64,000 nucleotides of DNA from Camelus dromedarius (taxonomy: Eukaryota). Shown one piece after another: positions 25,622 through 39,520 of the stretch. The stretch lies in the NCBI RefSeq assembly GCF_036321535.1, contig NC_087436.1, positions 43,402,001 through 43,466,000 on the forward strand. Reading direction: 5' to 3'. Within the stretch, counting starts at the first letter, position 1. Each line of letters opens with the position of its first letter. The notes beneath the pieces are model-generated. The model was not told the origin of the DNA, did no database searches, and saw only the letters and a program-made list of their open reading frames with translations. Made by a program: the position numbers and the translations under genes.

Positions 25622-25975
25622 TACTATGGTATCACTTATATGTGGAATCTAAAAAATAAAACAGAAACAGACTCACAGTTATAGAGAACAAATTAGTGGA
25701 TCCCAGTGGGGACAAGGAAGGGGAGAGGGGCAAGACAGGGATAGGGGATTAAGAGATACAAACTACTATGTATAAAATAGATAAGGAACAAGGATATATT
25801 GTGCAACATAGGGAAATAGAGCCGTTATTTTGTAATAACTTTAAAGGGAGTAAAATCCAGAAAAATATTGAACCACTATGGTATATACTTGAAAAGAATA
25901 CAAAATTAAAAATCAACTATATTTCAATTAAAAAATAAAAATTACTTACAAAAAATTTTATAATTATGAAAATAA
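25622..25975 (+). mobile_element. 5'-truncated L1 3' end (L1MA9/artiodactyl-like)
   Basis: tatcacttatatgtggaatctaaaaaa...gagatacaaactactatgtataaaataga...aatcaactatatttcaattaaaa. TSD aaaagggtgaa 25611-25621 and aaaaggttgaa 25976-25986. Confidence 0.92.
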
Positions 25976-26139
25976 AAAAGGTTGAAGGTGGGAATGGAGA
26001 ATAGCTGGCAACAAAAAAGACAGTCTTTCTTGTCTCAGAGTTCTCACTGCTCTGGAATTCCTCTTACGCTCCACTGGGAAAATGGACTTCAGTTCCCAAT
26101 GAGAAACCAAATTGGTACTCTAGCACATGACATTCACGA

Positions 26140-26320
26140 GGTGACTGTGTGTAGATTACTGTCCTCAGTCTACACCATAGCCCTCTATGAAGAGGTTCTC
26201 CTTGGTTCCTCCATATTACAGGTGGCTCAGAGAGGTTAAGTACTAACTAAGGCAAATGCCAGGTGGTGGCAGAGACGGGGCTGCAACACAGGTCCTCCAG
26301 TTCCCACTACCACTGTTCCA
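26140..26320 (-). mobile_element. MIR
   Basis: ccatattacaggtggctcagagaggttaagta...ggtggcagagacgggg. Confidence 0.65.
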
Positions 26321-27781
26321 CATTCCTCATATTTAACCCATGCCCTTGACTCTCCACACAGTTTATGCCCAAGGTCTGGGACAAATCTGTGGAACAATAG
26401 GTTTTCTATATGTAGAAACCAGTTGGAAAAACAGAAGAAAGAAGAGATGAATTCAAAACATTCTTTATATTTTTCTCCCTCCCCAAACCCCAGACGTAAG
26501 ATTTAAGTTGCATATATCCTTCAAATACTGTGTGTGGCCAAAGAGTAGTACAGTAGATACCGTACAGATAACTGTTAATTAGAGTCAAAATAATGCTTTG
26601 ATTCATGTGTGACAGTATGAACATTCCTGTCATGGATATTTGGGATGCTTTGGTTTGAGAAGCTCTTTATTTCTAAAGTACTCTATTGGGCTCAGAGAAG
26701 AGTTAAACCACAACTTGATCACATAGTAATTACATTTAATGGGACTACCTCAAAACATGCTGTGCTGAACTTGAGCAAATACAAATGATTTGCTTTAGAA
26801 AAGATAGAAGGAGAGAAAGAATAAGGTTTACTGCAGTTCTCACATACTCTTGCATTTGATATTAAGGATCTCACTGTTTTATTCATCATGTGTTTTCCAT
26901 TTACTAAATAAAAGGAGGAGGGGTGTTCAGATGGGATTTCCCAATTCTTCTTTAATGAGAGGCTTCTACTAGCTAGCTCCCTCCCGCTGAACCCTGCAGT
27001 TACATCTGTCCTACTCTGATAACAAAAGAACAAAAGAACCACTGGTCGACTTAAGGTTTCATCCGTGATAACACTAAGTCCTCAAGTCCAACTAGAATAC
27101 CAAAAATGAGAAATAAGTGGGGGGCATGGGGGACACAAAATAATATCTTTATTTTAAATTATATTTCCATGATTGAGTAAACCTCATTTTAAGTAGCTCC
27201 TATCCCTTAGGAAGAAGTTTAAAATCAAACCATTCCAGCTGACTAATAAGCAAGAAATCAGCCCATCTGCCCATTATTCTGCAAGGGTCCCCTGGGCATC
27301 CTCTCTCCCCTTAAATAAATCAATCTAAGGCAAGATGAATGGACAGTTCACAGATGATTATCTCCCAAAAGGAAGAAATACAGAGAAATTTTGAGCCAAT
27401 TCATGAATTGACTATAAAATTTAAGTTTTTTCTAATGCACCTCTGTAGGAGTCTCAAAAAATAATGTTACATAGTTCTGCCTTTTTTATTTTAATTAAAA
27501 TTCATCATTTATTTCAGAGTTTTTGGCAAACTTCAAATTACAGTCACAAGAATGGCGGAAGAGACAATTCAAGTCATCTGCAAAGCATTTTTCAAGCAAG
27601 TCAACATCTCAAATCTTAAGGAAAAATGATCATTCATTATCTTAGTCTAGATTTCCAGGATGGTAGTTTCACTCTTCTCTTTGTCTCTTCTAATATTTAT
27701 CACTCTGCCAGTCACCAAAATATCTTTCTGCTTTCACTGAACCCATTTTCCCTCTATCTCAATATAAAAAGAAAATGATCA

Positions 27782-27818
27782 CAATATTGTACACTGACTA
27801 TACTTCAATTAAAAAAAG
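27782..27818 (+). mobile_element. Ultra-short (37 bp) L1 3' tip
   Basis: caatattgtacactgactatacttcaattaaaaaaag, flanked by TSD aaagaaaatgatca 27768-27781 and aaagaaaataatca 27819-27832. Confidence 0.8.
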
Positions 27819-28189
27819 AAAGAAAATAATCAACCTCTGCCTTCCAAAAAAAAAAAAAAAAAACCTTCCTATACTTGAAAGCATCCATATAAGTAATTTT
27901 TTACCTTATCTGGTTGTTTTTATTTTATTTTCTGGATTGAACTATCCTAATTTCTTAAACCTGCACTCATCTATGACTTCCTTTTTCTTTCTTTGCTATC
28001 ACTTGGATTACTTTTCAACATTCTTCAGTTTTATCTTTTATTTTTTAAAGTAGGTTGGCCATTCACAAACATGGAATTAGTGAAAACCACAATCAGCATG
28101 GTGTAGGCATTTTTAAACAATGGCACTGTATTACTGACTCCTGTTCAGCTTGTACCCAATTTTTTTCCTGGTCTTTTCCTTCATTTCTT

Positions 28190-28335
28190 TCTTTTTTTTT
28201 TTTTTTTTAATGTCAATTTTTATTTACTTACTTATTTGTGGGGTAATTAGATTTATTTATTTTAATGGAGGTACTGGGGGTTGAACCCAGGACCTTGTGC
28301 ATGTGTACCCTACCACTGAGCTATACCCTCTCCCT
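28190..28335 (-). mobile_element. tRNA-derived SINE (Vic-1 type)
   Basis: Reverse head taccactgagctataccctc and T-tail. TSD cttcatttctt 28179-28189 and cttcgtttctt 28336-28346. Confidence 0.92.
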
Positions 28336-30099
28336 CTTCGTTTCTTGCTCTGAGTCCAATCCTGTGTTTACATTTTAAAGGACACCATACCTGTCTGTAT
28401 AGAAACATTATCCTGTTTACAAAACAACTTGAACTTTATTTCTACCCTTTGGGGTCTCACCTAGGATTTAAGCATAAAGCACAAATCTGACAAACATATT
28501 CTAGATTCTTTTTCCCAGGTCGTCTGTAAAGATGTTAAATCAAGTGGCCCGGATCCGTCCCATTGCTTGATATTCCATAAGAAGGGAACTGAGCTACAGA
28601 GAACTGGCTAGGTTCTTGCTTCAAGTGCTCTCCTCTTCACAACAGGTCAGCCAGGCTAGAGACGGTTACTTTGTTCAGGAAACTATCAAGTGTGTCAAAC
28701 ACAGGACTTGCCATTCTCTAGATGGCTGGCCCCTCCATATAAATTATCTGATTTCTTTTACTATTATATAAAGGATGTACTCTCTTCTAATTTTACTTTA
28801 GTTCCGTAGATGAAATACATGCTTCATTTTCCATATTACCCGTCTGTACATCATCATCCTGTTGCCTTCTGATGATATTTATAATTCACCCAGTACCCTA
28901 GATACTATTTTAATATGTGTTTTATTCTAAATAATAAATATAATTACTTACTTTTCATTGCAAAAGTGTAGCTTAGTAGCAGGTAAACTAAAAAGCAAAC
29001 CAGATTTTACATTTCAATTTCAAAAAGAACAATGAGAAAACCATGTAAAATTATGTGAATATTAATTAAGTGATAAGGTATAAATGTTTTATTATTTCTC
29101 TCGCTTATAATTTAAGAAGAAGTCAAGAGACGTCCCCATAACTTTACCTCTTTAATCTGTCTCCTTAATCTACTGGGAATTGAGGCGGCCAAAGTAAGTA
29201 TGTCATTCTGAGGCATGGAAGTACAGAGAAAAAGCACAGGCAAGACAAGAAACGCGTATAGGGGAGGCTCTACCTGGGGGTGTGTCATTCTGAGCAGGTC
29301 ACTTTAGCTCATTGGGTCTCAGTTGGCCTCAGACCTACTGGTCACCATGGCTTCTTAAGCTCTAACTAAAGGTCCATTTTTAAGGGAAACTTCAAACACA
29401 TTCATTTGAAGTATCTTTTGTCAAATACCCAAATCCTCACATATCATAAAAGTCCTTGCTTTAGTATAATTTTGCTTTCTTAAAATATTATTTTTCTAGG
29501 AATTAATGACAAGTAATATATAATCTACTCTTATTTATATGTTAAAAGTGCCTGAAGTTTTTCCAGTTACTCTAAATCCAGTTTATTTTAATCTTCTAAA
29601 TTTACTCAGTTGTGTTGGCACCAGATATGATCAAGCCTTCAGAAGCCAAATTGCACTAAACAAACACCTAGCAACATGTCATTCCAAGATATTAATTTAT
29701 ATGAGTACATGGTACTTGAGTTGATTATGTACTTCAATCCTCTTTCTGAGGAGATCACTTATATTGGGTTCACATAAAGCAAAATATAATGGAAGTAGAT
29801 GGTCTTTGAGGTATCTCCTGCAACCTTGGGGTTAGCAAATCGTCTTTCTCCATCATAGAAACAAATCCCCAAATAGAATGTGCAGACACTCCACAAGCAT
29901 CATTCTTCTCACTTATTCTAGGTTCTTAGTCTGAAACCTGCTGAAAACAAACATATTCTTTTGGTAGCACAACATATTGTCTTCAATTAATATTATCTTC
30001 AGAATGAATCCTCCAAATAAAACTTAACAAAGTCCCCTTAACATCTGGATGGTTGGAAAATAAATCTTCAGCCTTCCTTCAAACCTCTAAACACAATTG

Positions 30100-30316
30100 A
30101 CTATTCCTCCTTTGTTCTACTGCAGCCTTTGTACATGTATCTCTATTCTGGTACTTATATACTGTCTTGTAATTATTTGTTAATGTGTTAATGTTACTTC
30201 CTCACTACAGAGTAAACACCATGAAGACAGTCCCTTTGCATTTTATAATTCCCAGTGCCTAGTACAGTGCCTTGCACATAATAGGTGCTCAATATATCTA
30301 TGTGTTGAATGAATGA
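30100..30316 (+). mobile_element. L2 3' end
   Basis: cccagtgcctagtacagtgccttgcacataataggtgctcaata...ttgaatgaatga. Confidence 0.85.
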
Positions 30317-30429
30317 GAGCGATCATAACTTCTCCCCATTTTTCTGAATTACTGTGCCCTGACAGATCTCTGGGACAGTGTCACCTGACTTTGCCTCTGT
30401 TCAGGATCCCCCTTTGTCTGGCTCTTTTC

Positions 30430-30674
30430 TATGCTCCTTCAGGTCTGATGCCAAAGGTGACTTCCTCTGAGAAACCTCTGTCCTGTAGATTAGTTACTTG
30501 CTCACCCTGTGATCTCCTGGTACTTTGCACTCCTTACCACGCACCTGTCACTATTGCAATCACTTAATTGGCCATGTCCCCTGCGAGATATAAGTAAATA
30601 TGTGAGAATTATTTACCATTACCACTAGGGCATAATCCACGAAGGTGCTAAATAAATGTTTGTTGGATGGATGA
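30430..30674 (+). mobile_element. L2 3' end (second copy)
   Basis: ttcaggtctg...cttcctctgagaaacct...ggtgctaaataaatgtttgttggatggatga. Confidence 0.7.
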
Positions 30675-30685
30675 CTGTCAGTCAC

Positions 30686-31001
30686 TTTTTTGTTTGTTAT
30701 TTTGTTTTATTTTGTTTTTTAAAAATATTTATTGTGCTAAAACATACATAACACAAAATTCACCATTTTAACCACTTTTAAGTGTACAGTTCAGTGGCTT
30801 TAAGTACATCCATATTGTTGTGCAATCATTACCACCATCCATCACCAGAACATTTTCATCTTTCCAACTGAAATTAAACAATAACCCCCATTCTTCCTTC
30901 CCCTGCCCCTAGTAACCTCTATTACACTTTCTATGTCTATGAATTTGACTACTCTAGGTACTTCCTATAAAAGGAATTATACAGTATTTGTCCTTTTGTG
31001 T
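30686..31001 (-). mobile_element. L1MB-like 3' end
   Basis: aaattcaccattttaaccacttttaagtgtacagttcagtgg...gaatttgactactctaggtac. TSD ctgtcagtcac at 30675-30685 and 31002-31012. Confidence 0.92.
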
Positions 31002-31051
31002 CTGTCAGTCACCTATTTTAATATCTTTACCAGAACAGAAGAAATACATTT

Positions 31052-31230
31052 GATGGGGGGGGTGGCTAATATATTTTTATTTAAGTACAGTCAGTTTACA
31101 ATGTTGTGTCAATTTCTGGTGTACAGCACAATACTTCAGTCATATAGGAACACACATATATTCGTTTCCATATTCTCTTTCACCATAAGTTACTATTAGA
31201 TATTGAATATAGTTCCTTGTGCTATACAGT
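31052..31230 (-). mobile_element. 5'-truncated lineage-specific L1 3' end
   Basis: agtcagtttacaatgttgtgtcaatttctggtgtacagca...gatattgaatatagttccttgtgctatacagt. Imperfect TSD agaagaaatacattt 31037-31051 and agaagaaattaattt 31231-31245. Confidence 0.9.
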
Positions 31231-32939
31231 AGAAGAAATTAATTTTAAATAAATTAATTTGAACTCTAAAACAAATAAATGGATGAGCTGGAGGTATGCT
31301 CATTTTTACACCATCACATTTTTGTTATTTTTAACATCAACAAAACTGTGCCACATTACCTGACAATACAATAGTGTATTGATAGTGTAAAAGAAAGCAA
31401 TCATTTTATCCAAAGTCACCTTTCCAGATAAACCCACCAGTCTCCCCTCTTCTATATGAGCTATATTTCTGTGGTTTTTAGGGAATTTCAACAAAAGACA
31501 GATTTCTATTTTTATCTCCTATACACCCAACAGAGGATTTGTGTTTAACTTCAACAAATAGGCTAACAGGAATTTTAAAATTCATGAAGGTCAAAGTGTG
31601 CCATACTACTCAATAGAGATCAAAGAAAATGGCTGAGAGACACCTGGGGACATGAGCTCGTCCTTAGCTTATGGAAATCTGATATAGTGCTGAAGTCCCA
31701 GGGAAGGAGAGTGTGGTTCAGCCCGGGTAATGGCAGCCGCAAGAAGGGGGCAGATGTGGACTTCAGAAGAAGGACTACATGTAAAGAGGTAGAGATCCGG
31801 TTCTGCATAGCCAGCAAAAATAACCACAGAATACTCTGGGCTCAGCTTGGCCCCACAGTAATATTTCTTGAAGTACAACCCACCTTTAAGGAACTAAGAC
31901 CATGAGACTGGAGACACCTATGACATGTTAGAGTGACTTTCACACATAGGAGAGACAGTTTATCTCTCGCAACTTGTGAGAAAAGATATGGACCTTCCGA
32001 ATATGCTCAAATAATGAGTCATAATTTTAGTAATCATCCCATGCAGAAGCTAACAAGAAATTTTATGTTTCAACTATTCACACCATAGAGGGGTTCACAT
32101 GTGTCACTGGACATGAAAGTCAAAAGAAATCACTTATTTTCCAAGATACCAGTGACAATGAAGAGAGTACATCACCATCCAACTCCAAGCAAGCACAGGA
32201 GTTCCCCATTGCCAACACACTGTCTTCCCTGAAACCAATGGATTCCTCCACTCTCCCCCTAGTCCTTTTCCTCTTTGTATCCAAGCTCCTGGAAAAGTGA
32301 CATACTGCTGGAGTTTCCAGTTTCTCACCACTAACTCCATTAACCTTCTCCAATCAGCTTCCATCACAACTAATGCAAAGGGCCACCCTTTCCAAGATTT
32401 CCAATAACCTCCTCTCAGACAAATCAAATTGCTTCTTCCCTGGACTAATCATTATAATCATTTTAGTCCTTTCCTCTGAAAAGCCAGTCATCACAGCCCA
32501 CTATTATGAATAATTCCCTTCTCCTCGATTCCCCATTGTCTTGTACGTCCAGACAAAATTCCGTCCTCTCCAACTATTTCTGTCACTTTTCTTTGCTTCC
32601 TATTAAATCTTTTCTAACAAAATCTGAGCTGAGCATTTGGGCCCTTTCTTATAAATGGCTGAGCTCACAATTATCAACGTACTCTGTCCACTAAAAATAC
32701 CTCTGTAGGTCAAATTTCTCCATAAAAATTCAATCTAACTGAAGTTTTGATTACAATAGTTCTGATGGTCGGTTGTTGATTCACAGTAGTAGTGCTTTGT
32801 TGATATAGTTAAAGGGTAGACCATCCCTGCCCTCAAGGAACTTAGACTAGAGCTCTCTGGCACAGAAAGGACTCCCAGAGGAGATCTAGTCTTTAGGAAG
32901 CATCATGGCCAGCCTTGGGCTGGAAACAGCTTCATGGTA

Positions 32940-33180
32940 TGGCCTCTCTGTGTTTCGTTTGGCTGACACAGTTTGGATTTTGTTTTTGTTAGAACTCAGT
33001 TTAAAAAGTCAGGAGGTTTTCTATCAAAATTCTAATTGCTTACTTCTTTTAAAAACTCAGATCTGGCAACATTGAGCTCGCATCTCTACGTGACAACAGT
33101 AAGTAACGCTAAAGTGCCACGGTTCCTTTCAGACAGGGCATTTGTTTTCCACCTCAGGGCCCAAGCGTTGGCTGCCGTGA
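32940..33180. mobile_element. hAT-Charlie relic, MER103-like
   Basis: gtttggctgacacagt...aaaaactcagatctggcaacattgagc. Confidence 0.55.
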
Positions 33181-34310
33181 ATCATGGCACTTGTGTTTGT
33201 GGGCGGTTTTTCCCTTAAGAAATTTACCTTCTGTTACGCATCTATCACATGTCAAAGTGCAAAATGACCAAGAAACAATGTAACTCTTTTTAGGTCCATC
33301 TATCTTTATTGATTTATTTAAACTGCCTGTTCCTGTTTTAATTTACATTCCTGATCTCCTAATTTTATATATTAGAAAATTAACACATATACAGGGGAAG
33401 TAATCTACATAAGTTTAATTAGGCCTCATTTCTCACTATTTAAAGTCACACCACTATTAGTTACACCATCCATATCTCCACATCTCTGAAAAACTTTTTC
33501 TTCACAAAATAATTCTTGATCTCTCCAACAGAGTGAGACTCCCCAATTCCCCAAAACCCTTAGATCCCCTTAGCAATTTATATTTACAGATTTTGTAGAG
33601 AGAAAGGAAGATGTATTCATTAATCATGCTCAAGAATCCAAAAAAGAATGAAAAAAGCTAATTACAATTGCATAAGGAGAGTTTCATTCATTGTGAAAGA
33701 ATGTGGCTATAATTGAAAAGAAGCTTTAGAAAGTGTCACAGAAATTAATTTTTAGCAATGTTTTGAATAGAAGAAACATTATGTATTAGGAGTTTGGAGA
33801 TTATCCATAAAGGCAAAAGAAAAGAGAAATTTACATCTGTTTGGATGAAGTGAAGAATACAATTGGAGAGGAGCCATATACACAGTCAGCCTTCTTACTC
33901 TGCCTTTATCATGGGTATGTGTTGGGAGGGGTGAAGGGTGGGGGAGTTCATGAAGGTAGCCACTTTATACATGTTGCCTAGTCATAAAAAAAATGCAGTG
34001 TGATTAGAGTGGCATCTAAAGATTGATCCTGTATGCTATGTTTAGGATAAACTGGGGAAGAGAGCAGAAAAGAGCAAAGGAAAAGAAATTAGGAGAGAGT
34101 TGGAGGAATATTGAGGTGTACTTTGAATAAGGATTATTAGGGAAAAACAGATGATGACTTTCAGAATTTTAGATTTTGAAGATAATAATGAAAGAACATT
34201 CCCAGAGTAAAAAACAGTTGTATGCTACCAAAAACAAGAGGTACAAAATTAACAGGAAATATAATTTCTAAAAATTGACACAAAGAGATTAACTATGAAC
34301 TTAAAGATAA

Positions 34311-34392
34311 GGGGTTGACCGGAAAGTCTCTGTACTTTACTCTTAATTTTGATGTGAACCAAAAACTGCTTTAAAAATAAACAATATTGTTT
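34311..34392 (+). mobile_element. L1MC-like 3' tip
   Basis: tctctgtactttactcttaattttgatgtgaaccaaaaactgctttaaaaataaa. Confidence 0.7.
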
Positions 34393-35371
34393 AAGTAGAG
34401 ATTTCTTTTAGTTTACATCCTAAAAGAAAATGTATGGTGGAAAAGATTAATCTCTAACATTTTTAATAATATATTCCTCATACTTTTTACTACAATCACA
34501 GAGCCTAAAGTTTTGTGACTAACAAATATTTAGAATCAGTAACATAAATTGTACTATCTTCTAGCTTCAAACAGTAATTTATATATAGCATTTATGATAT
34601 GTTCTTTGTAAGGCTGGTAAGTGGAGGTGGATTTAAATTTGCATTAGGTCCTCGGAGTCTTTAAGATACAAACTCCAGAGTCCTTACAAAGACACAGGAG
34701 AATGGTTTGTCCTGGCAAACTTAACAGCTATCTATCCTGCTGGCCACAGGCCACGTGACGATTGCTACAATTACCTAACTTCTGGCAGGGACACTTTGTT
34801 TGGAGGCGTATTTCCTTGAGTGTCTTGGGTTATTTTTTTCTCCCTTTAGTGTTTCATTTGTCTGTTTTTGTAGATAAAGGAACCTTTCAATATCCTTTAA
34901 CAGCATTTTTTTTCTGTGACAAATTGACAAAATAAACAAGTAGAGGGGGGAAAACTTTAATGAGAGAAAAGAAACCTGGTATCCTGTTGAACATCAGACT
35001 ATGTCACCTGTGTCCATCTGAGAGAATGTCTAGTATGTTCAAAATTTTTATGTAAAACAGATGAACATATACTATTCATTATTAAACCCTGTCTCTGTGA
35101 TGGAAGAGGATGCTCTTTGGGTAAATATACAATTTTGTGCTGTTAACAAATTCCTTTATATGTATCTTTTTTTGTTTCTACTCTCATTTTCTGGTGTCTT
35201 TAAGCCTGATATGAGCATATGTTCTGTGTTACTAGCCTAGAATATACATTAAGTTACTAAAATAAGAGGCTAAATATTTTAAGTTCCAAGAAGGAAGGGA
35301 CTTTACCTGTTTCCTTCTCTGTTGACTTTCAAAATTATTTTCTTGTGAAGGAATTCATTGATCCCCCCTCC

Positions 35372-35810
35372 CCAATTATTTATTAAGCACCCATTAAGTG
35401 CCAGGAACTGATCTAGGTGCTGGGGAATGTCTCAATGGACAAAACAGAGACCCCATCTCATGGAGTTTGTGTGACAGCGCAAGGATTCAGAAAACACACA
35501 AATGCAAATGAAATATGGCGAGTGGTGATACAAAGACAACACAAGACAAGGTGATAGAGAGCAATAGGAGTGGAGATATTTTAGATGAGGATGCAGATAC
35601 AATGGCTCTGAGAAAGTGACATTTGCTGAGGGACCGGAAATGAGTGCGGGAGCCAGCCACTAGCACATCTGTACAGAGACTTCAGGGCAGCAGAGTAGAG
35701 TACTCATGCGTGGAGTGGTTGGTAAACTCCAAGGCGGTCCAAGCAGACAGAGTGGAGGATGGGAGGTGGAGAGTGATGGGCTGAGGTAGCTGGGACCACC
35801 CATGGAAAGC
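35372..35810 (-). mobile_element. L2 3' end
   Basis: tatttattaagcacccattaagtgccaggaactgatctaggtgctgggga...catggagtttgt...gaaagtgacatttg. Confidence 0.85.
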
Positions 35811-38544
35811 GTGGCTCCTGCTGGGTTAGATTATTGGTGGGGAGTCTGTAAAATGAGATGTGGGCTTAATGGGAAAGAACAATGTGAAATTTAAGCTCTG
35901 ATCTGAATTCACCCTATTTTTTGGTCCACATTCATGAGCTGACTCATCCTCTTTCCTCTCCCACCAATACTCTAAACTATTTTTTAAAATTAGACACCCC
36001 CTAGAGCTATGTACAGGTTTTTAAAAAAACCAATAATATTTATTACTTTTATAAAAAGTCAAGTAATGGAAGGAGAAATCATCTCTTTTGCTGTAACTTC
36101 ATTGTATTGATTACACTAACCTCCTGAAATTCAGCTCCCGTCAGGTCAGAAAACGTATAATGAGGGGAAATGGGCTAATTTTTCAGGACTCATCACTGCA
36201 TCACTCAGCCAATGAAAAGTGAGATGAAGTCTCTGCTAAAAATAGTCCATGGTTCAATTATGACACTAAAGCCACTCCCCTAACCCCTTCAAGGTTAAGT
36301 GAATTACCATCAGCCACATTAATAGAAGTAAGCAATTGTATTTTTACATTTGCTATCATGATTACAAATTCTCTATCATGATTAGCTCTACACAAATGAT
36401 ATTCACATATGGTCAGTGCCTGCTGGCAGGCAATGGCAAGTGCCTGGAGGATGTGACCAGGACTCTAGACTTACCAAGAACTGGGAAGTCACCATGAAAA
36501 GTGATAGGTTTGTACTAGAGCCCCTTCTAGTTGGAACATGCTGTTATCTTGGAACCAAATATCAAATACAATATAGGTGAAGAATGTCCGATTTAAGGAC
36601 CAGGAACTAGAATAGATTTTAATAAAAAATAAGGCTTTTTCTCTTAGGCCTTAGTTTGCAATCTGGTAAAACATGCATTCCATAAATGACAGGAGCAATG
36701 TTGCTGAATTTGCCCCTAAAATACTGATCAGTTAATTTATGTGTGTTACCAAATACATATGATCAGCAACATCATATAGACAGATTGATAATCTACCCTA
36801 TTTTCCCTTCCCAGGTAGGAAAAACACACACGTACATATTCTTTGTGCAAGCAAACTTGCTGAACCCCTAAAGTGTTTACCTATTAAAATACTGAAACAG
36901 GGGAGACATTTAGAAGCTCCAAAGGAGTGGAAAAAGAGAAAAATGGAAGAGAACAAGAAAGCAATCCAAGGACTGTTGACTTCAAAGTGGGAAGCCTAAT
37001 GTTAAATTGTTTAACTTTAGTTGTTGTTAATATTTTAAAATAGTTAATTCTTAAAACAGATTTATCTAAGTGTCTTTTCTTTCCCTTTAGATTCCAAGCT
37101 CCTTAAAAGCCATGGCTCAAATTGTCTAATACATATTTATATGTTAACACAGCTTTAACGAACAGTCACATAGGGAAATAGAGAGACCGCCATAAATACA
37201 TAATATTTATTACAAACTCTGTAATTCATTGACTGAATGACAAACACTTGTATATATTTCAGAAAGGCATCTCCTTTTAAAGATGGCAGTGATTTTTCAA
37301 GATCATGTTTCTTGGCATTTAAAAAATTAGACAGTAGATAAAAGGGAATCTAATCCAGTGAGTGTAAATGAAAAACCTCCACAGAATTTACCTCTCTGCT
37401 TCTCTGGAATCAAGCCCAAATTTCTTCCCTGACTCTACCGTGAATTTGCTTTCTCAGCTCAGGCTCCATCACCAGAGGCTCTCTCTACATCATTCCCACC
37501 CCCCATACATTTGGGAAGCCTTTTCACCACAAAACTGAATAGGATATATTTAAAATTTATTTAAAAATTAAAAAAAAAGAAGCATGAAGCATCGCCCAGG
37601 GTATTAATAGTTACGTAACTGAGAGTAGTAATCGCTATTGTCGGAAGTAATACAAGACCTGTAGCTTGTAGGTTACATGCCTGCAAGTTTTGCACCCCGA
37701 AAAGAAAAACTTCTTACAGGAGGCTGTTCCTCATTAATGCATTCCTTTATTTTGCAAACTCCTAAACTTCAGTAAATATACTGGAGGAATTCTTACTTAA
37801 AGCCACACTACCTTAAAAAGCAAAACAAGAATGAAGAATGGGAGGATATACTGGAATCAATCCCTGGAATAAGTGGTCAGTCATTTTGGCTAACTGGGTC
37901 TCAGTCAGGGCATTATAGAACCATGGAACAACATCTGCACGTGTTTTCAGCGCTAGTTTTTAGTCAGGCTGGGGTGAATCATATGGGTGACCTAATAATT
38001 CATTGACTATTAAAAAAAAAAACTCTTGACTTTGAATGAACTGCATCATTCGTAGTTAATATCAGCAAAAGAATAAGGACATTTCTGATATCCCAAATGG
38101 CCTTCATTTGAGAAATCAAGAATGGTTTTATAAGACATGTTCAGTCTCCATTATAGGCAAAGAACAATTCTGAATCTTTCTGAGGAGCTATTGAAATTCA
38201 GTGATGAGTTTACGTCAGCTGGAACAGGAGTGATGTGTCTTTTCTATTGACATTGCCTTAGGAAGTGAATTCACATCATCCTCTGTACCAGAACACTTTT
38301 TGAAAATGTACTTTTAAGAAACAAAAGGACAGGAAAATAGTAGAGAAAACCTGATAGACCTCTGTCTGATACTAAATTGTATCACAATGTTCTCTTCCTC
38401 TTTGGAATAATAATAATTATTACTTACCTAGTGTTTTATTGTTTACAAAGTTTATTTACATTATTTCACTTGATCTTCTCAAGAGCCCAAAGAGGTAGGT
38501 AGGTTTATACCAGTAACATAGGGAATCATTTGAAAATGCAAATA

Positions 38545-38900
38545 CTTGCTTCTTTCCTTTCCCTGGAATTCTTACTTCCTCAACCCTTTTAGGTTTTTAA
38601 CCCTCAAAATGTTACCTTTTTCTCTGAGACCATCCCTGGTGACCCCACCTAAAATTATTAATCATGGCACACACCTCACTGCTTTCTTTTTCTTTTTCTT
38701 CTTTGCACTTACCACTCCAATATAGGATATATGTTTTTTTAAATGTTTGTTCATTCGCCTTCCCTATTAGAGCATAGCCGTATTTGGGCCCAGCCCCTGC
38801 TCTTTTTGTCTGTGTTATTCATGGCTACATCTCCAGTATCAAGAAAAAGTGTCTTGGCATATAATAGATGCTCAGTAAGTACTATTTAAATGAATGGAAT
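38545..38900 (+). mobile_element. L2 3' end
   Basis: ccctggaattctt...ggcatataatagatgctcagtaagtactatttaaatgaatg. Confidence 0.75.
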
Positions 38901-38904
38901 CACA

Positions 38905-39520
38905 TTCTTCTCTGTACCTGTTTCTTCCTCTGTAAAATGTTATAGTAGGTCCTATCACTTAAGCTTGTTTGCAGGATTCAATCACCTAAGGCATGTAAAA
39001 CACTTAGCACAGTACCCAGAATGTAATAAGCATAGAATCAACAGAAACCATCACTACATCTAGTTTTTTCAGAGAAGTAAACTGAGATTTAAGAGAAGTT
39101 AAATAACTTTTGTAAATCACACAGCAAGTATTTAGTGGTGTCTGATCCCAGTCTGGCTTGATTTCCATTCCCGTACATTTTTTAAACAGACATTATTCAA
39201 CTCCATAAATGTGCCCTTTTGTACAACAAACCTATTGAAAAATGCTTTGGAATAAAATGCCTGATAAAAATAACTACCATGTATTCAGTGTTTACATGAA
39301 CCAGGCATTTTGCTTTACATAGATTGTTTCTGTTAATATTCATCCAGGATCCTATGAGATCAATCCTATTATTATCCTCATGCTGTTGATTAAAAATTGA
39401 GGCAAGTTGAGCAACATGCTGTGTGTGTTAAGTAACTTGACTGAGGTCCCAGCACTACAGTGAGGCAGAACGGGGATCTGCTCTGAAGGCCTTCAACTCT
39501 GGAGCCTCTGCCACGCTGTA
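38905..39520. mobile_element. Cluster of three MIR fragments (one +, two -)
   Basis: ttcctctgtaaaatg...aaaacacttagcacagt (+); gtaaactgagatttaagagaagttaaataact (-); cctatgagat...aaattgaggc...aagtaacttgactgaggtcc (-). Confidence 0.7.
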
